Assembly: GCA_964454865.1 (NCBI GenBank)
Contig: CAYVTQ010000001.1
Location: 3,554 to 67,553 of the forward strand
Length of the DNA: 64,000 nt
Source of the DNA: an uncultured Methanosarcinales archaeon
Lineage (GTDB): Archaea > Nanobdellota > Nanobdellia > Woesearchaeales > GW2011-AR4
Reading direction: 5' to 3'
Each line of letters starts with the position of its first letter. The first letter of the stretch is position 1. A program made the translations under genes and the position numbers. Shown piece after piece: positions 29,241 through 39,658 of this stretch. The notes under the pieces were generated by a model that was not told the origin of the DNA, made no database searches, and saw nothing but the letters and a program-made list of their open reading frames with translations.

Positions 29241-29984
29241 ATGCAAAACAAAAAGCAGGAAGCCGCTTATTTTGATGAATTCACATCAGAAAAGCCCTGG
29301 AATGCATTCACAAAAAAAACATACCGGAAGATAGTCAGGCTATTCCTCCTGCTTGCCAATCCAAAAAAGGATGATATGATTATAGACATGGGATGCGGGA
29401 CAGGAGAGCTGGCTTATGAGATCTATAAAAGGGGCCATGCGAATATTATGGGGCTCGATATTTCAAAAAACTGCATAGCCATGGCTAAAGAAAAATATAA
29501 AGGAATAAAGTTTGAAGTGAGAGATGTAGAGAATACTGGGCTTAAGAATGATTCTGCCGACGCTCTTTTTTATTGCGGCATACTGCATCACTTTCAGCAT
29601 CAGTCAAGTCTGGCAAAAGAGGCCCGCAGAATCCTGAAAAAAGGAGGGAAAATCTTCGTCTTCGAGCCCAACGCCTCAAACCCTGTCTTATGGCTTTTCA
29701 GAAACAAAAAATCGCCTGTAAGCTCGAAAAAGCTCAAGACACCCAATGAGGAATTTCTGGATTTGGGGCGGATTAAGTCAGCGCTCGAAAAAGAAAATCT
29801 CAGGGCCATGGAGATCGGATGCATCTCGGGAATAAGCTACTCAACAGACCACTTCAAAAAGCTGATGCCTTTTCCCTTTCATTACAGCGCTTATTTCTAC
29901 AACATTTTTGACGCCGCGCTGAACTGCACTCCATTAAGGAAGAAAAGAGGATCTTTCATCTATGGGTGCTTTGAGAAGGTTTAA
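29241..29984 (+). CDS. class I SAM-dependent methyltransferase
   Basis: IDMGCGTG, LHH, LKKGG..EPN. Confidence 0.88.
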   Translation: MQNKKQEAAYFDEFTSEKPWNAFTKKTYRKIVRLFLLLANPKKDDMIIDMGCGTGELAYEIYKRGHANIMGLDISKNCIAMAKEKYKGIKFEVRDVENTGLKNDSADALFYCGILHHFQHQSSLAKEARRILKKGGKIFVFEPNASNPVLWLFRNKKSPVSSKKLKTPNEEFLDLGRIKSALEKENLRAMEIGCISGISYSTDHFKKLMPFPFHYSAYFYNIFDAALNCTPLRKKRGSFIYGCFEKV

Positions 29985-30778
29985 TTTTGATTTTTCTTCC
30001 TTATCGAATCAATCTTCTCCGGCACTATCAAAGCAGCTTTCCTTCCTTTTGCCCTGTGCAGCCCTTTCAGCCCCCGGAAAAACCATTTTGAGTACTCGAT
30101 AACCCACGGGCCGAGCCTGAAGCTCGATTTTCCGCCGTAAAACCTGTTGATTGAGATGATTGGCACTTCTCCAAGCTTCAATCCCATTCGCTGCACTTTT
30201 ATTGCCATCTCAAATGCCACAGCCCAGCCAACTGGCTTTGATTCTATGCTTAGTTTTTCAAACAAAGGGCGCCTGAACATCTTGACTCCCAAAGTCAAGT
30301 CAGTAAGCGCAGAGCCTGAAATGGCATAAAAAAGCCGGTTTGCAATCCTTGATAAGAGCCTGCTTGCAAAGTAGCCGCCCAGTATCCTCCCGCCATGCGC
30401 ATATCTTGTGGCGCTGACAAAATCGCATCCCTTATCCATGAGCCGTATCATGTCGTCAACTGCCAGTATAGGCCCTATATCGTCCGCCGCAATTATCAGC
30501 ACATAGTCCCCTGCTGCGGCTGCAACGCCGGATCTTATGGCGTTTGGAATTCCCCTCCCAAGCTGGTTGTGCACCAATTTCAGGCCGGGATAATCTGGCT
30601 GCATTGATTTTACAACAGGAATGCTGTCATCATTAGGGATATCATGCACTATCAATACCTCATGCGGCACTTCTATGGCGGCTCTGAGAATCCTGAGCAT
30701 CATCTTCAGGTTGATGCCTTCATTAAAAACAGGTATGAGAAGCGATAATTTTATATTATTTGATTTGTTTTTTGCCAT
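29981..30778 (-). CDS. glycosyltransferase family 2
   Basis: IPVFNE, AADD, DLT.G.K. Confidence 0.88.
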   Translation of the reverse strand: MAKNKSNNIKLSLLIPVFNEGINLKMMLRILRAAIEVPHEVLIVHDIPNDDSIPVVKSMQPDYPGLKLVHNQLGRGIPNAIRSGVAAAAGDYVLIIAADDIGPILAVDDMIRLMDKGCDFVSATRYAHGGRILGGYFASRLLSRIANRLFYAISGSALTDLTLGVKMFRRPLFEKLSIESKPVGWAVAFEMAIKVQRMGLKLGEVPIISINRFYGGKSSFRLGPWVIEYSKWFFRGLKGLHRAKGRKAALIVPEKIDSIRKKNQN

Positions 30779-30780
30779 TT

Positions 30781-31542
30781 TTAATTTGCGGATTCCTGCC
30801 TTTTGTATTTCTTCCAGAGGCTTGTATCCAAAGAGGAGTCTTTCGCCATGCTGAAGCTGACCTGCTTTAAAATCTCCTTAAATTCGCAGGGCTCCAGCGA
30901 AGGCTTGAATTCCTTATACCTCTCATAATCGGATTTTCTTTCATCACCTATGTTTATTGTGCCTATAAAACTGCTATTGAGCATTGCATGGATTGCTTTG
31001 ACAAGCCCTTTTATCTGCATTTTGGAGGAGTATGCATCAGTTGCGGACTCGTCAAATCTTATAGCGCCGGGATCGAAAAAGCTTGTGCGTATAATGCAGA
31101 AATTATCCAGCATATTTACAGCGCATTCGCCTGCAAGCTTGGTCCAGCCATAGTTATTGTAAGGGATGGCCGCGTCTTTTTCCGAATAATTCCCCCTTGC
31201 TCCGGAATAAACGCCGTCAGTTGAAATAAAAATAAATCTGGCGCTCCCCTGTTTTTTTTCCTTGAGCTTCAGGGCCTCAATCACCAAGTTGGAAGTCCCG
31301 ATAACGTTAGTGCCGATTGATTTAACGGGATCTGACTGGCAATCAGCCATTCTTGCGATTGCGGCGCAGTGGATTATTGCGCCAAAATCATTCTTTTCAA
31401 AAAACCTGCTTATTGAAGACTGGTCTGTTATATCCATCTTTTCATGGGAAGGCGCCAGAATGCCGGAAAAATATCCTGATTTTATTATTTCCTGCCCAAG
31501 CCTGCCTGAGCCGCCGGTTAAAAGTATGTTTTTATATTGCAT
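30781..31542 (-). CDS. RmlD-like NDP-4-keto-sugar reductase
   Basis: TGGSGRLG, HCAA, ISTDGVY, YGWTK. Confidence 0.88.
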   Translation of the reverse strand: MQYKNILLTGGSGRLGQEIIKSGYFSGILAPSHEKMDITDQSSISRFFEKNDFGAIIHCAAIARMADCQSDPVKSIGTNVIGTSNLVIEALKLKEKKQGSARFIFISTDGVYSGARGNYSEKDAAIPYNNYGWTKLAGECAVNMLDNFCIIRTSFFDPGAIRFDESATDAYSSKMQIKGLVKAIHAMLNSSFIGTINIGDERKSDYERYKEFKPSLEPCEFKEILKQVSFSMAKDSSLDTSLWKKYKRQESAN

Positions 31543-31559
31543 TTTAAGATAGCCATGCT

Positions 31560-32777
31560 CTAAGCACTGCCCTTTTTTATGACACCCCAGAGGTCAACTA
31601 CCTCCTTGGCTTTTGGCACTGCAAGGCTTTTATAAGCAGAATGCGGCACCCCTACAATTATTATGTCGCTTAACTCCACCAGTTTTTCTTTAGTGATGAA
31701 GTCGGGATTTTTTGCGTATTCATCGGAATAATAGACTTCTGCGCCATGAAATCTGAGTATCTTGCCTAATTTAAAGGAAAGGGAGTCCCTTACATCATCA
31801 ATTTCCGCTTTAAACGCCATTCCAAGTATGCCTATTTTTGCCTTGTTAAGGTCGCGCTTTTTTCTCAGGTTGTCCACAATAAAATTAGGCAGGCCTTCAT
31901 TTACCATCATGGCAGCATGCCCCAGAAGAAAATTATTGCTGTTAAAGGCTGCCAGCTGCATTGTATCCTTAAGAAGGCAGGGGCCCGCCGCAAATCCCGC
32001 GGTTGGCAGGGTTGCTGCCCTGCCATACCCTTCTGTCATGGCACCCCTCACTCTGTCATAATCAACGCCGAAGTTAGTTGAAATCATGTAGAACTGGTTG
32101 GCTACGGCAAATTGAACATATCTCCACGCATTTGAAAACAGCTTTACCAGCTCAGCCTCTCCGATGGAAGATCTTATGATTTTTGGAGAAAGTATGCCAA
32201 AAAGCTCAGAGGCATTCTGCACTGCCTTTTCGCTCAGCCCGGCAACAATCTGGGGAAGCTCCTTCAATTCTTTGAGCGCATATCCCTGCACGATGCGCTC
32301 AGGGCAGTAAGATATGTTCCATTCAGCCCCGTCTTCTAAAAGATTTGCAATCTGCCTGCAGGTATGGGGATATACTGTGCTTCTTATTATTATTGTCTGC
32401 TCCTTATGCAGGTATTTTTTAATGCTGTTAAAAGCTTCAAGAAATGCCCTTGTTTTTGGATTCAAAAACTCATCTACAGGAGTTCCTATCGCAATAATAA
32501 CATATTTCGCTTTGGAGATTATCCCTGAATCCAGAGAGACTTCCAGCTTTCCGTTCTCCAGAACTTTTTTCAGAATGGGCTCTGCCCCCTCCTCCATAAA
32601 CGGCATCATCCCATTTAAAACCAGATTAGCATTGTCTTTATCAACATCGCAAAGGCATACTTTCAGGCCTTTCTCCGCAAAAGCCAGGCCAAGTGGCAGC
32701 CCTACATGGCCCAATCCCCCGATTATAGCTATATCAAATTCATTCTCGGTTTTCAACATTATCCCGCTGACCCCCAT
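31560..32777 (-). CDS. nucleotide-sugar dehydrogenase (WecC-like)
   Basis: GLGHVGLP, RSTV, PER, GPCL.KD, G.AFK..DD.R.S. Confidence 0.93.
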   Translation of the reverse strand: MGVSGIMLKTENEFDIAIIGGLGHVGLPLGLAFAEKGLKVCLCDVDKDNANLVLNGMMPFMEEGAEPILKKVLENGKLEVSLDSGIISKAKYVIIAIGTPVDEFLNPKTRAFLEAFNSIKKYLHKEQTIIIRSTVYPHTCRQIANLLEDGAEWNISYCPERIVQGYALKELKELPQIVAGLSEKAVQNASELFGILSPKIIRSSIGEAELVKLFSNAWRYVQFAVANQFYMISTNFGVDYDRVRGAMTEGYGRAATLPTAGFAAGPCLLKDTMQLAAFNSNNFLLGHAAMMVNEGLPNFIVDNLRKKRDLNKAKIGILGMAFKAEIDDVRDSLSFKLGKILRFHGAEVYYSDEYAKNPDFITKEKLVELSDIIIVGVPHSAYKSLAVPKAKEVVDLWGVIKKGSA

Positions 32778-32887
32778 CTTCTCTTCCTCGATATTGAGGA
32801 TAATTTAAATAACTTACTGATTTCTTTTTCGAAAAGCTTTTAATAAAATAGGATATTCAAAATAATAATCAGGCGGATGCTTTGATA

Positions 32888-34348
32888 ATGATCCAAAAAA
32901 AATTTATAAGGAATGCCAGCTTAAACACTAAAAAAAATGCAGGGCCAATTCTCTTTCTTATTGTTATATTCGGGCTGGCATTTCGGCTAATCTTCTTTTC
33001 AGGCGTCGGAACTTCAGACGACCTTGCTTACAGCAAATATGCCTATAATATCCAGAAGGGCATTGATCCCGGGAGCACGCTCACTTTATCTGCAAGGCTC
33101 GGTCTTCTTTACCCTACAGCCCTTTCCTACCATCTTTTTGGAGTTAATGACTTCTCATCAGTGCTATTTGTGCTTATTGCTGCAATGGGAAACATTATTC
33201 TGGCATATCTTTTCGGAAATCTGCTGGGCAGCAAAAAAATCGGGCTGATTGCAGCTTTTTTATTGGCGATATTTCCTTTAGAGGTTGTGCATTCCACTGA
33301 ATTGCTGGCTGACCTGCCCTCCTCTTTCTTCATGGCATTAGGGGCTTATGTATTCCTGTATTCCGAAAAGAAATCCAAGCCGAAGCCGTATTATTTTCTT
33401 TCGGGGGCTTTAATCGGGATAGGCTATCTGATAAGGGAAAGCGCAGTTCTTATTGTGCTGTTCTTTCTGATGTATGCTATATATACAAGAAGGATCAAAA
33501 AAGAGCATCTGCTTGCTGCAGCAGGCTTTATTTTGATATTTACCGGCGAGATTTTAGCATTTTACAGCCTTACCGGCAACCCTTTGTTTAGATTTACCGC
33601 AACGCAGGACTATCTTATCAAGGCTTCAATAGCCCATAACTATTTTGGGAGGCTTTCATTCCCGCAGGGGCTGTTCCATTACCCTTATGTCATATTAACA
33701 AATAGCATCATCTCTTTTTTTTATGCCTTTATATTTGCCGCTATAATCTATTTCTTAAAAGTCAGGAGAAAAGAAACTTACATATTGCTGTTATGGTTCA
33801 TCCCCTTACTTTTGTATCTGAGCTTCGGCTCTTCAAGCTTTTCCATGTATATCCCATTTAAGGCTGAACCAAGATACCTTTCAGTAATAACGATGCCTGG
33901 AATTTTATTGCTGGCTTTTTTCTTTTCTGAAAAAAACAGGGCAATTTTAAGAATGATATTTCCTTTGGGCATGGCTGTTCTGCTCATCAGCTCTGTCATG
34001 TCCGCCTTTACAAATCTAAACAACAATGATGCTTCTGACAATCTGAAACTTATATACCCCTACCTCAAGGATTCAAAGAAGGCTGTTTATACAGATGAAA
34101 GGTCAAAACAGGTGCTGGAGTACCTTTCCGGATATAAGAATACTGGTGTGAGGGCATTTCCAGAAAATCTCAAGGTGGCCGGAGATTCTTATATCATAAT
34201 AAATAAGGCAATGATAGGAGGGCTGATGGAATCGAATGCAAATATCCAATTTCCGGCAGAAGTCAGTGACCCACCTAAAAAATGGATAGTGCTGAAAGAC
34301 TTGAAAAAAGAAGATCGCGAGAATGCCATTGTCTATTATGCGCCATGA
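32888..34348 (+). CDS. GT-C fold membrane glycosyltransferase (GT39/GT83-like)
   Basis: Many TM segments, SDD loop after TM1, PRY motif. Confidence 0.85.
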   Translation: MIQKKFIRNASLNTKKNAGPILFLIVIFGLAFRLIFFSGVGTSDDLAYSKYAYNIQKGIDPGSTLTLSARLGLLYPTALSYHLFGVNDFSSVLFVLIAAMGNIILAYLFGNLLGSKKIGLIAAFLLAIFPLEVVHSTELLADLPSSFFMALGAYVFLYSEKKSKPKPYYFLSGALIGIGYLIRESAVLIVLFFLMYAIYTRRIKKEHLLAAAGFILIFTGEILAFYSLTGNPLFRFTATQDYLIKASIAHNYFGRLSFPQGLFHYPYVILTNSIISFFYAFIFAAIIYFLKVRRKETYILLLWFIPLLLYLSFGSSSFSMYIPFKAEPRYLSVITMPGILLLAFFFSEKNRAILRMIFPLGMAVLLISSVMSAFTNLNNNDASDNLKLIYPYLKDSKKAVYTDERSKQVLEYLSGYKNTGVRAFPENLKVAGDSYIIINKAMIGGLMESNANIQFPAEVSDPPKKWIVLKDLKKEDRENAIVYYAP

Positions 34349-34370
34349 TTTTGAGAGGTAAGCGTCATTC

Positions 34371-34626
34371 GGCTTCATCCAAAATTCGCAAAACAAGCGA
34401 GGCAAGATTTTGAATCTTGCCAAATCGGCGCTCAGGTTGGCAGCTTCGAGCCCAGCACAGTATATGATGCAGTATCGTTGATGTCCCGTATGGAGCGTCC
34501 CCTTCAACTCTGTTTAAGTGCTTGATAAATGGGCTCGACTTGCTCGAAAAGCAACAGACAGCCTTGATTAGCTTTTCGGCACCGCCTGAGGCGGTAATGC
34601 TGCCAACCCATTTTTTGGATGAATCC
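34371..34626. mobile_element. MITE-like element copy 3 (256 bp)
   Basis: TIR ggcttcatccaaaa/ttttggatgaatcc; 9-bp TSD gcgtcattc/gcatcattc (1 mismatch); core shared with copy 7. Confidence 0.85.
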
Positions 34627-34672
34627 GCATCATTCAAAAGCTTTTTAAAACAGGTTAATTACCCCAGAACTG

Positions 34673-37600
34673 ATGGAAGATAAAAAGGATGATGATATAA
34701 CTATAGACTTTGGCAAGATGTGGGGTTCATTAAAGAGTCATGCGAAACTTTCTGCTGAGCCGGAAGATAAGAAGGGGGCAAATCCCGCTCAAAGCGAATC
34801 TGGCTCAAAAGACGCAAATTCTAATGCGGAGACTTCAAAGAAAAAAGATGCGGATTATATCAATCTGGATTTCAGCAAAATCAGGAAATTCTTCAAATCG
34901 GATGAAAGGGAAGGCGAAAAACTCCATGCCGCTGAAAATAGGCAAAATGAAGATGAAGTCATCCTCAATTTTTCGGGTTTTAAGAAAAAAGTCAGCGAGG
35001 CATTTACGGCTGATAAAGGGAAAGAGCAGAGGGACGAAACTGTAATTGATATCAAGAGCATAATCCCTTTTTTTAAGAAATATGCATGGCTATTTGCAGT
35101 GATTATACCCATTGTGCTGTCAATTTATATTAGGATGCAGTCTGCGAATCTGCCGATAATTGACCAGTGGGCAGCCAATACTGTGATTAATTCAGCAAGG
35201 TCCCAGATACAGTCACAAATAGATGCCCAGTATCCCAATCTTCCGCAAGCCAATAAAAACACAATATTGGAATCGGAGCTTCAAAAATTTTTGGTCCAGA
35301 ACAAAGCGCAGGTTGAACAGCAGATGGCTGGGACATCAAGCTATTTAAAATCTTTTTTTCAGGATGAAAGCGGCAAAATCTATATGCCGGATATAGATCC
35401 CTACTACTGGTACAGGTATGCAAAAAATATTATTGAAAAGGGATATCCGGGAGATGAGGTAAGAGATGGCGTGCAGTGGGATAATCATCAGGAGGCTCCT
35501 TTAGGCAGGCCTATACAGGCAGACATGTTTCATTCTTACTTCCTTGCTTATCTCTACAAAGCGCTGCATATTTTCAATTCAGGCATCACTCTAATGAGCT
35601 CTACGATGTATTATCCTGTCCTAGTGTCTGCTTTGGCTGTTTTGCTGGCTTTTTTGATAGGAAGAAAGGTATGCGGCAATGTGGGCGGATTTTTTTCTGC
35701 GCTTATGATGGCTGTAAACTCTTCTTTCATGGGAAGGACATTGTTCGGCCATGCAGATTCTGATGCATGGATTGTCCTATTTTCTTTGCTGATAGCATGG
35801 CTGACGCTCGAGTTTTTTGAGAGCAAAAATAAGCTTACGGGCATAGCCTTGGCTGTTGCTGCAGGATTTCTGGCCGGAGTCTTCAGCATAACATGGTCCG
35901 GATGGTTTTTCATAACTGAATTTATTTTTGGCGTGGCCGGAGTCAACATATTATATCATGCAATTCAAGAAATCAGGAAAGAAGGGAGAATCAATTTCAG
36001 CAAAATTATCAGCAATAGCCAAATTAAAAATATGGTTTTACTTGCAGCAGTGTTTTTTGTTTCAGTCGGGGCTTTTGTGACTTTATTCAATAATTTCAAT
36101 GCATTCAGGAGCTCGCTTCTTCCTTTCTCTTTCATAACTATAAAGGAGCCTGTAAGGTTTGGAAGCCTTTGGCCAAATGTGCTGACGACAGTGGCTGAGC
36201 TTAACGAGGGCTCTTATAATCAGGTCATTAATTCTATTGGCGGGAGATTCTTGTGGTATGTAGGGCTGCTGGGCGTTCTGCTCACTTTGCTCAAGAAAAA
36301 TCACGACGGCAAAACAGATATCAAATATTTTGTTTTGTTGAGCGTGTGGATTGCCGCTTCTGTTTATGCTTCATTAAAAGGCATAAGGTTCACAATCCTA
36401 ATATCGCCTGCATTCAGCATTGCTTTCGGCTCGGCTTTGGGGTTTGCATACCTGTATTTTTCCAAATGGCTGAATAAGGAATTGCACATACACAGAGGGA
36501 TTTCCGGCACTGTGCTCATTGTAGTCTTTACATTGCCCTATATAAGCGCCATTAATGCCTCTATAGATGCCGCGGGCGGGGATATTCCATTAATAAATGA
36601 TGCATGGTACAACTCCCTGATAAAAATTAAGGAAAACTCCAATCCTAATGCAATAATAACCTCATGGTGGGATTTCGGGCACCACTTTAAGGCATTAGCT
36701 GACAGGCCTGTAACTTTTGATGGAACCACCCAGGAAAAGCCCGATGCCCATTGGGTAGGAAGGCTTTTTATGACTAGCGATGAGGCAGAAGCTATAGGAA
36801 TTTTAAGAATGATTGACTGCGGCCAAAATAACGCCTATTGGACCCTGCTTAAGGAAAAAGGCCAGGACATCCACTCCTCAATAAACACTGTCAGGAGAAT
36901 AATTTTAATGGATAAAGAGAGCGCAAGAAGGGAGCTAATAAGAATAGGGGTCTCTGAAGATAAGGCTGAAGAAATCCTGAAGAGCAGCCATTGCACTCCG
37001 CCGGAAGCTTTTGCCATAGCTTCAGATGATATGATAGGCAAAAGCGGCGTCTGGGGCCACTTTGGAAGCTGGAATTTTGAAAGGGCGGATATATGGTTCA
37101 ATACAAAAGATAAGGCGATTGATGATGCAGTACAATATATGCAGGATAAATTCAACTATACCAGAGAGAGAGCAGAAAGCATATACTTTGAGATTCAGTC
37201 CCTCAGCACCCCTAGCGATGCCAATGCATGGATAGCGCCATGGCCAGGCTATGGCGGCACAATCAAGTGCAGCAGAAAGTCTTTGAACGAATCTTTGCTT
37301 CAATGCGATAACAGCTTCCAGATAAATCTCACCAATATGGATGCATTTGCATTGGGGCAGCAGGGAATTGTAAGGCCTAAGCTGTTTGCTTATCCTTCAG
37401 AAAAAGGAATCAATATCAAGGAGTTTGGAAGCAATACTGTCGGTCTTGGATTTACCTTAGTGCCGAAAAGCCAAAATGAGTTTGAGGTCGTATTATCCAG
37501 CCCAGAATTGGCAGGCAGCATGTTTACGAGAATGTTCTATATGAATGGGTACGGCTTAAAATATTTTAAACAATTTAGCAATGAGAGGGGATATACCGGA

Positions 37601-37705
37601 ACAAATGTTTATGTATACAAGGTAGACTGGGAAGGCAAAAACATGACACTCTCCAATGACTACCTCAATTATATGAAAGTTGGAGATGAACTGCCGGACA
37701 AATAA
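34673..37705 (+). CDS. aglB: archaeal oligosaccharyltransferase (STT3 family)
   Basis: DPYYW, DSD, TVAE, SWWDFG and DMIGK motifs with a multi-TM N-terminal region. Confidence 0.95.
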   Translation: MEDKKDDDITIDFGKMWGSLKSHAKLSAEPEDKKGANPAQSESGSKDANSNAETSKKKDADYINLDFSKIRKFFKSDEREGEKLHAAENRQNEDEVILNFSGFKKKVSEAFTADKGKEQRDETVIDIKSIIPFFKKYAWLFAVIIPIVLSIYIRMQSANLPIIDQWAANTVINSARSQIQSQIDAQYPNLPQANKNTILESELQKFLVQNKAQVEQQMAGTSSYLKSFFQDESGKIYMPDIDPYYWYRYAKNIIEKGYPGDEVRDGVQWDNHQEAPLGRPIQADMFHSYFLAYLYKALHIFNSGITLMSSTMYYPVLVSALAVLLAFLIGRKVCGNVGGFFSALMMAVNSSFMGRTLFGHADSDAWIVLFSLLIAWLTLEFFESKNKLTGIALAVAAGFLAGVFSITWSGWFFITEFIFGVAGVNILYHAIQEIRKEGRINFSKIISNSQIKNMVLLAAVFFVSVGAFVTLFNNFNAFRSSLLPFSFITIKEPVRFGSLWPNVLTTVAELNEGSYNQVINSIGGRFLWYVGLLGVLLTLLKKNHDGKTDIKYFVLLSVWIAASVYASLKGIRFTILISPAFSIAFGSALGFAYLYFSKWLNKELHIHRGISGTVLIVVFTLPYISAINASIDAAGGDIPLINDAWYNSLIKIKENSNPNAIITSWWDFGHHFKALADRPVTFDGTTQEKPDAHWVGRLFMTSDEAEAIGILRMIDCGQNNAYWTLLKEKGQDIHSSINTVRRIILMDKESARRELIRIGVSEDKAEEILKSSHCTPPEAFAIASDDMIGKSGVWGHFGSWNFERADIWFNTKDKAIDDAVQYMQDKFNYTRERAESIYFEIQSLSTPSDANAWIAPWPGYGGTIKCSRKSLNESLLQCDNSFQINLTNMDAFALGQQGIVRPKLFAYPSEKGINIKEFGSNTVGLGFTLVPKSQNEFEVVLSSPELAGSMFTRMFYMNGYGLKYFKQFSNERGYTGTNVYVYKVDWEGKNMTLSNDYLNYMKVGDELPDK

Positions 37706-37724
37706 ATCATTCTCTAGCCCAGCC

Positions 37725-38303
37725 TTACCAAAACCCTTCCCTTATTTTCCTTGATTCTGAATCATTATCTCTGTCTGTGACTTTTTTTGAAACCACAACG
37801 ACTGCTCTATAGAATGGTATGTGAATGGACAGCAAATTCCTAAATCCGCATCTCCTGAAGAGCCATCTCACGCTTACTTTTGTCGCCGGCTTTTTATGGT
37901 CCGGGACGTTGTAAAACCTTCTTGAGAGGTAAGTGCTTATGGTTATAACAATATTGCTTGATAACGATGCAAGCTTTTTCACAAATTTTTCCTGGTCTTC
38001 CATATGCTCAATTATCATGCTGTTGAAAACAACATCATACTTGCCGTTAAAATCCCATAAATCCTTTATTATGACATTCTTCGCCTTATATCTCTCGTCA
38101 AGCTCTATCCCAAAAGCCTTAAAGCCCATCTTCTGGGCAGTTTTCATAAAGTGGCCGGGACCGCAGGCAACATCAAGGACAGTTTCACAGCCCCCGCAGT
38201 ACTTATTCAGAAGCCACTTGTAAAACCGCCTTCTCACTGCAGTCTTCATTTTGCTTGAAAAAGTGGAATCATCTTTCCATGGATTGCTGAATAGTTGTGG
38301 CAT
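37725..38303 (-). CDS. class I SAM-dependent methyltransferase
   Basis: VLDVACGPG, IIEH. Confidence 0.85.
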   Translation of the reverse strand: MPQLFSNPWKDDSTFSSKMKTAVRRRFYKWLLNKYCGGCETVLDVACGPGHFMKTAQKMGFKAFGIELDERYKAKNVIIKDLWDFNGKYDVVFNSMIIEHMEDQEKFVKKLASLSSNIVITISTYLSRRFYNVPDHKKPATKVSVRWLFRRCGFRNLLSIHIPFYRAVVVVSKKVTDRDNDSESRKIREGFW

Positions 38304-38348
38304 TTTGCCTGCAAAACCTTTATAAGATATATAAAATTATCGCCGAAC

Positions 38349-38462
38349 ATGAGAAAGGCAGTAATAAGGTTACAACATATCAGTGCAAGAGTGAATTCAA
38401 TTGTTTTTCGGAATCCTGCAAGAGTGATAGGTAAAGTAAAAGACCAGATAATATTGTCCTAA
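38349..38462 (+). pseudogene. possible remnant of a hexapeptide-repeat acyltransferase C-terminus
   Basis: 37-aa ORF ending NSIVFRNPARVIGKVKD, resembling the ..vaGNPARvi.. tail of LbH acyltransferases. Confidence 0.4.
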
Positions 38463-38464
38463 AA

Positions 38465-39658
38465 ATGGGAAGAAAAGTTCTTGTCCTGACATCCACATTT
38501 CCAAGATGGGCTAAGGATTCAACATCAGTTTTTGTCTATGAGCTTAGCAGAAGGCTTGCGGAATACGGGAATAATATCCTGGTTTTGGCGCCTCATCATC
38601 ATGGCGCTGAGCACACCCAAAGGATGGGGCAGTTAACCATAATAAGATTCAGGTATTTCGTGCCGGAGAGGCTGCAGAAGCTCGCTTATGGGGCAGGAAT
38701 CATTCCGAATATGAAGAGCAGCTGGCTTGCAAAATTGCAGGCTCCTTTTTTTCTAATCACCGGTCTCATTGCCGCAGGAAATGCCGCAAGGCATTTTAAG
38801 CCGGAACTTATCCATGCCCACTGGATCATTCCCCAGGGGCTTGCTGCAGCCGTTCTTAAGAAAATGCTCGGAATACCCTTTATAGCGACGGTGCATGGCA
38901 GCGACCTATTCCCCATAACCAACCCCCTACTTAAGAGCCTTCAGCATTTCGTGCTGAAAAACTGCGACATTTGCACCGTAAACAGCAAAGCGACTGAAAA
39001 GGAAATCATGAAAAGGTTTCCCGATGCCGGAAAAAAGATTTTGACTATACCTATGGGAGTTGATGTCCGGGAATTTTCATCAAAAAAGCGTAAGAAAAAG
39101 AAGGGTTTTACCGTGCTTTTTGTCGGAAGGCTGAATGAGCAGAAAGGGATAAAATATTTGATAGCTGCCATGAGCATAGTTAAGCTTAGCCATCCAAAAG
39201 CAAGGCTTGTTGTCATAGGAGAGGGAGATTATATGGAGGAAATGAAAGATCTCGCCAAATCGCTGAAGATATCGGGCAGCGTGGAGTTTCTTGGAGGCCT
39301 GCCGCATGGCGAGGTTATAAATCATTATATTGCTGCAGACTTATTTGTATTGCCTTCTGTAGAATCAAAAATGGGAACAGAAGGGCTGGGGTTGTCCATT
39401 CTGGAGGCGATGGCTGCCAAAGTTCCGGTTATAGGGACAAGCACAGGGGGAATAAAATATATCATCAAGGACGGGCATAACGGAATTCTTGCAAGGCAGA
39501 AGGATCCTGAGGATCTTGCCAGATGCATAACAAAATTGCTGGCTGACAGGAAATTGCGCGCTAAATGCACGGCCAACGCTTTTAAATTTGTGAGAGAGAA
39601 TTATACGTGGGTTTCTGTAGCGAGGAAATTTCAAAAATTATATGGGGGTGTCAAATGA
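38465..39658 (+). CDS. glycosyltransferase family 4
   Basis: STFPRW, HAHW, FVGRL..KG, EGLGLSILEAMA. Confidence 0.93.
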   Translation: MGRKVLVLTSTFPRWAKDSTSVFVYELSRRLAEYGNNILVLAPHHHGAEHTQRMGQLTIIRFRYFVPERLQKLAYGAGIIPNMKSSWLAKLQAPFFLITGLIAAGNAARHFKPELIHAHWIIPQGLAAAVLKKMLGIPFIATVHGSDLFPITNPLLKSLQHFVLKNCDICTVNSKATEKEIMKRFPDAGKKILTIPMGVDVREFSSKKRKKKKGFTVLFVGRLNEQKGIKYLIAAMSIVKLSHPKARLVVIGEGDYMEEMKDLAKSLKISGSVEFLGGLPHGEVINHYIAADLFVLPSVESKMGTEGLGLSILEAMAAKVPVIGTSTGGIKYIIKDGHNGILARQKDPEDLARCITKLLADRKLRAKCTANAFKFVRENYTWVSVARKFQKLYGGVK

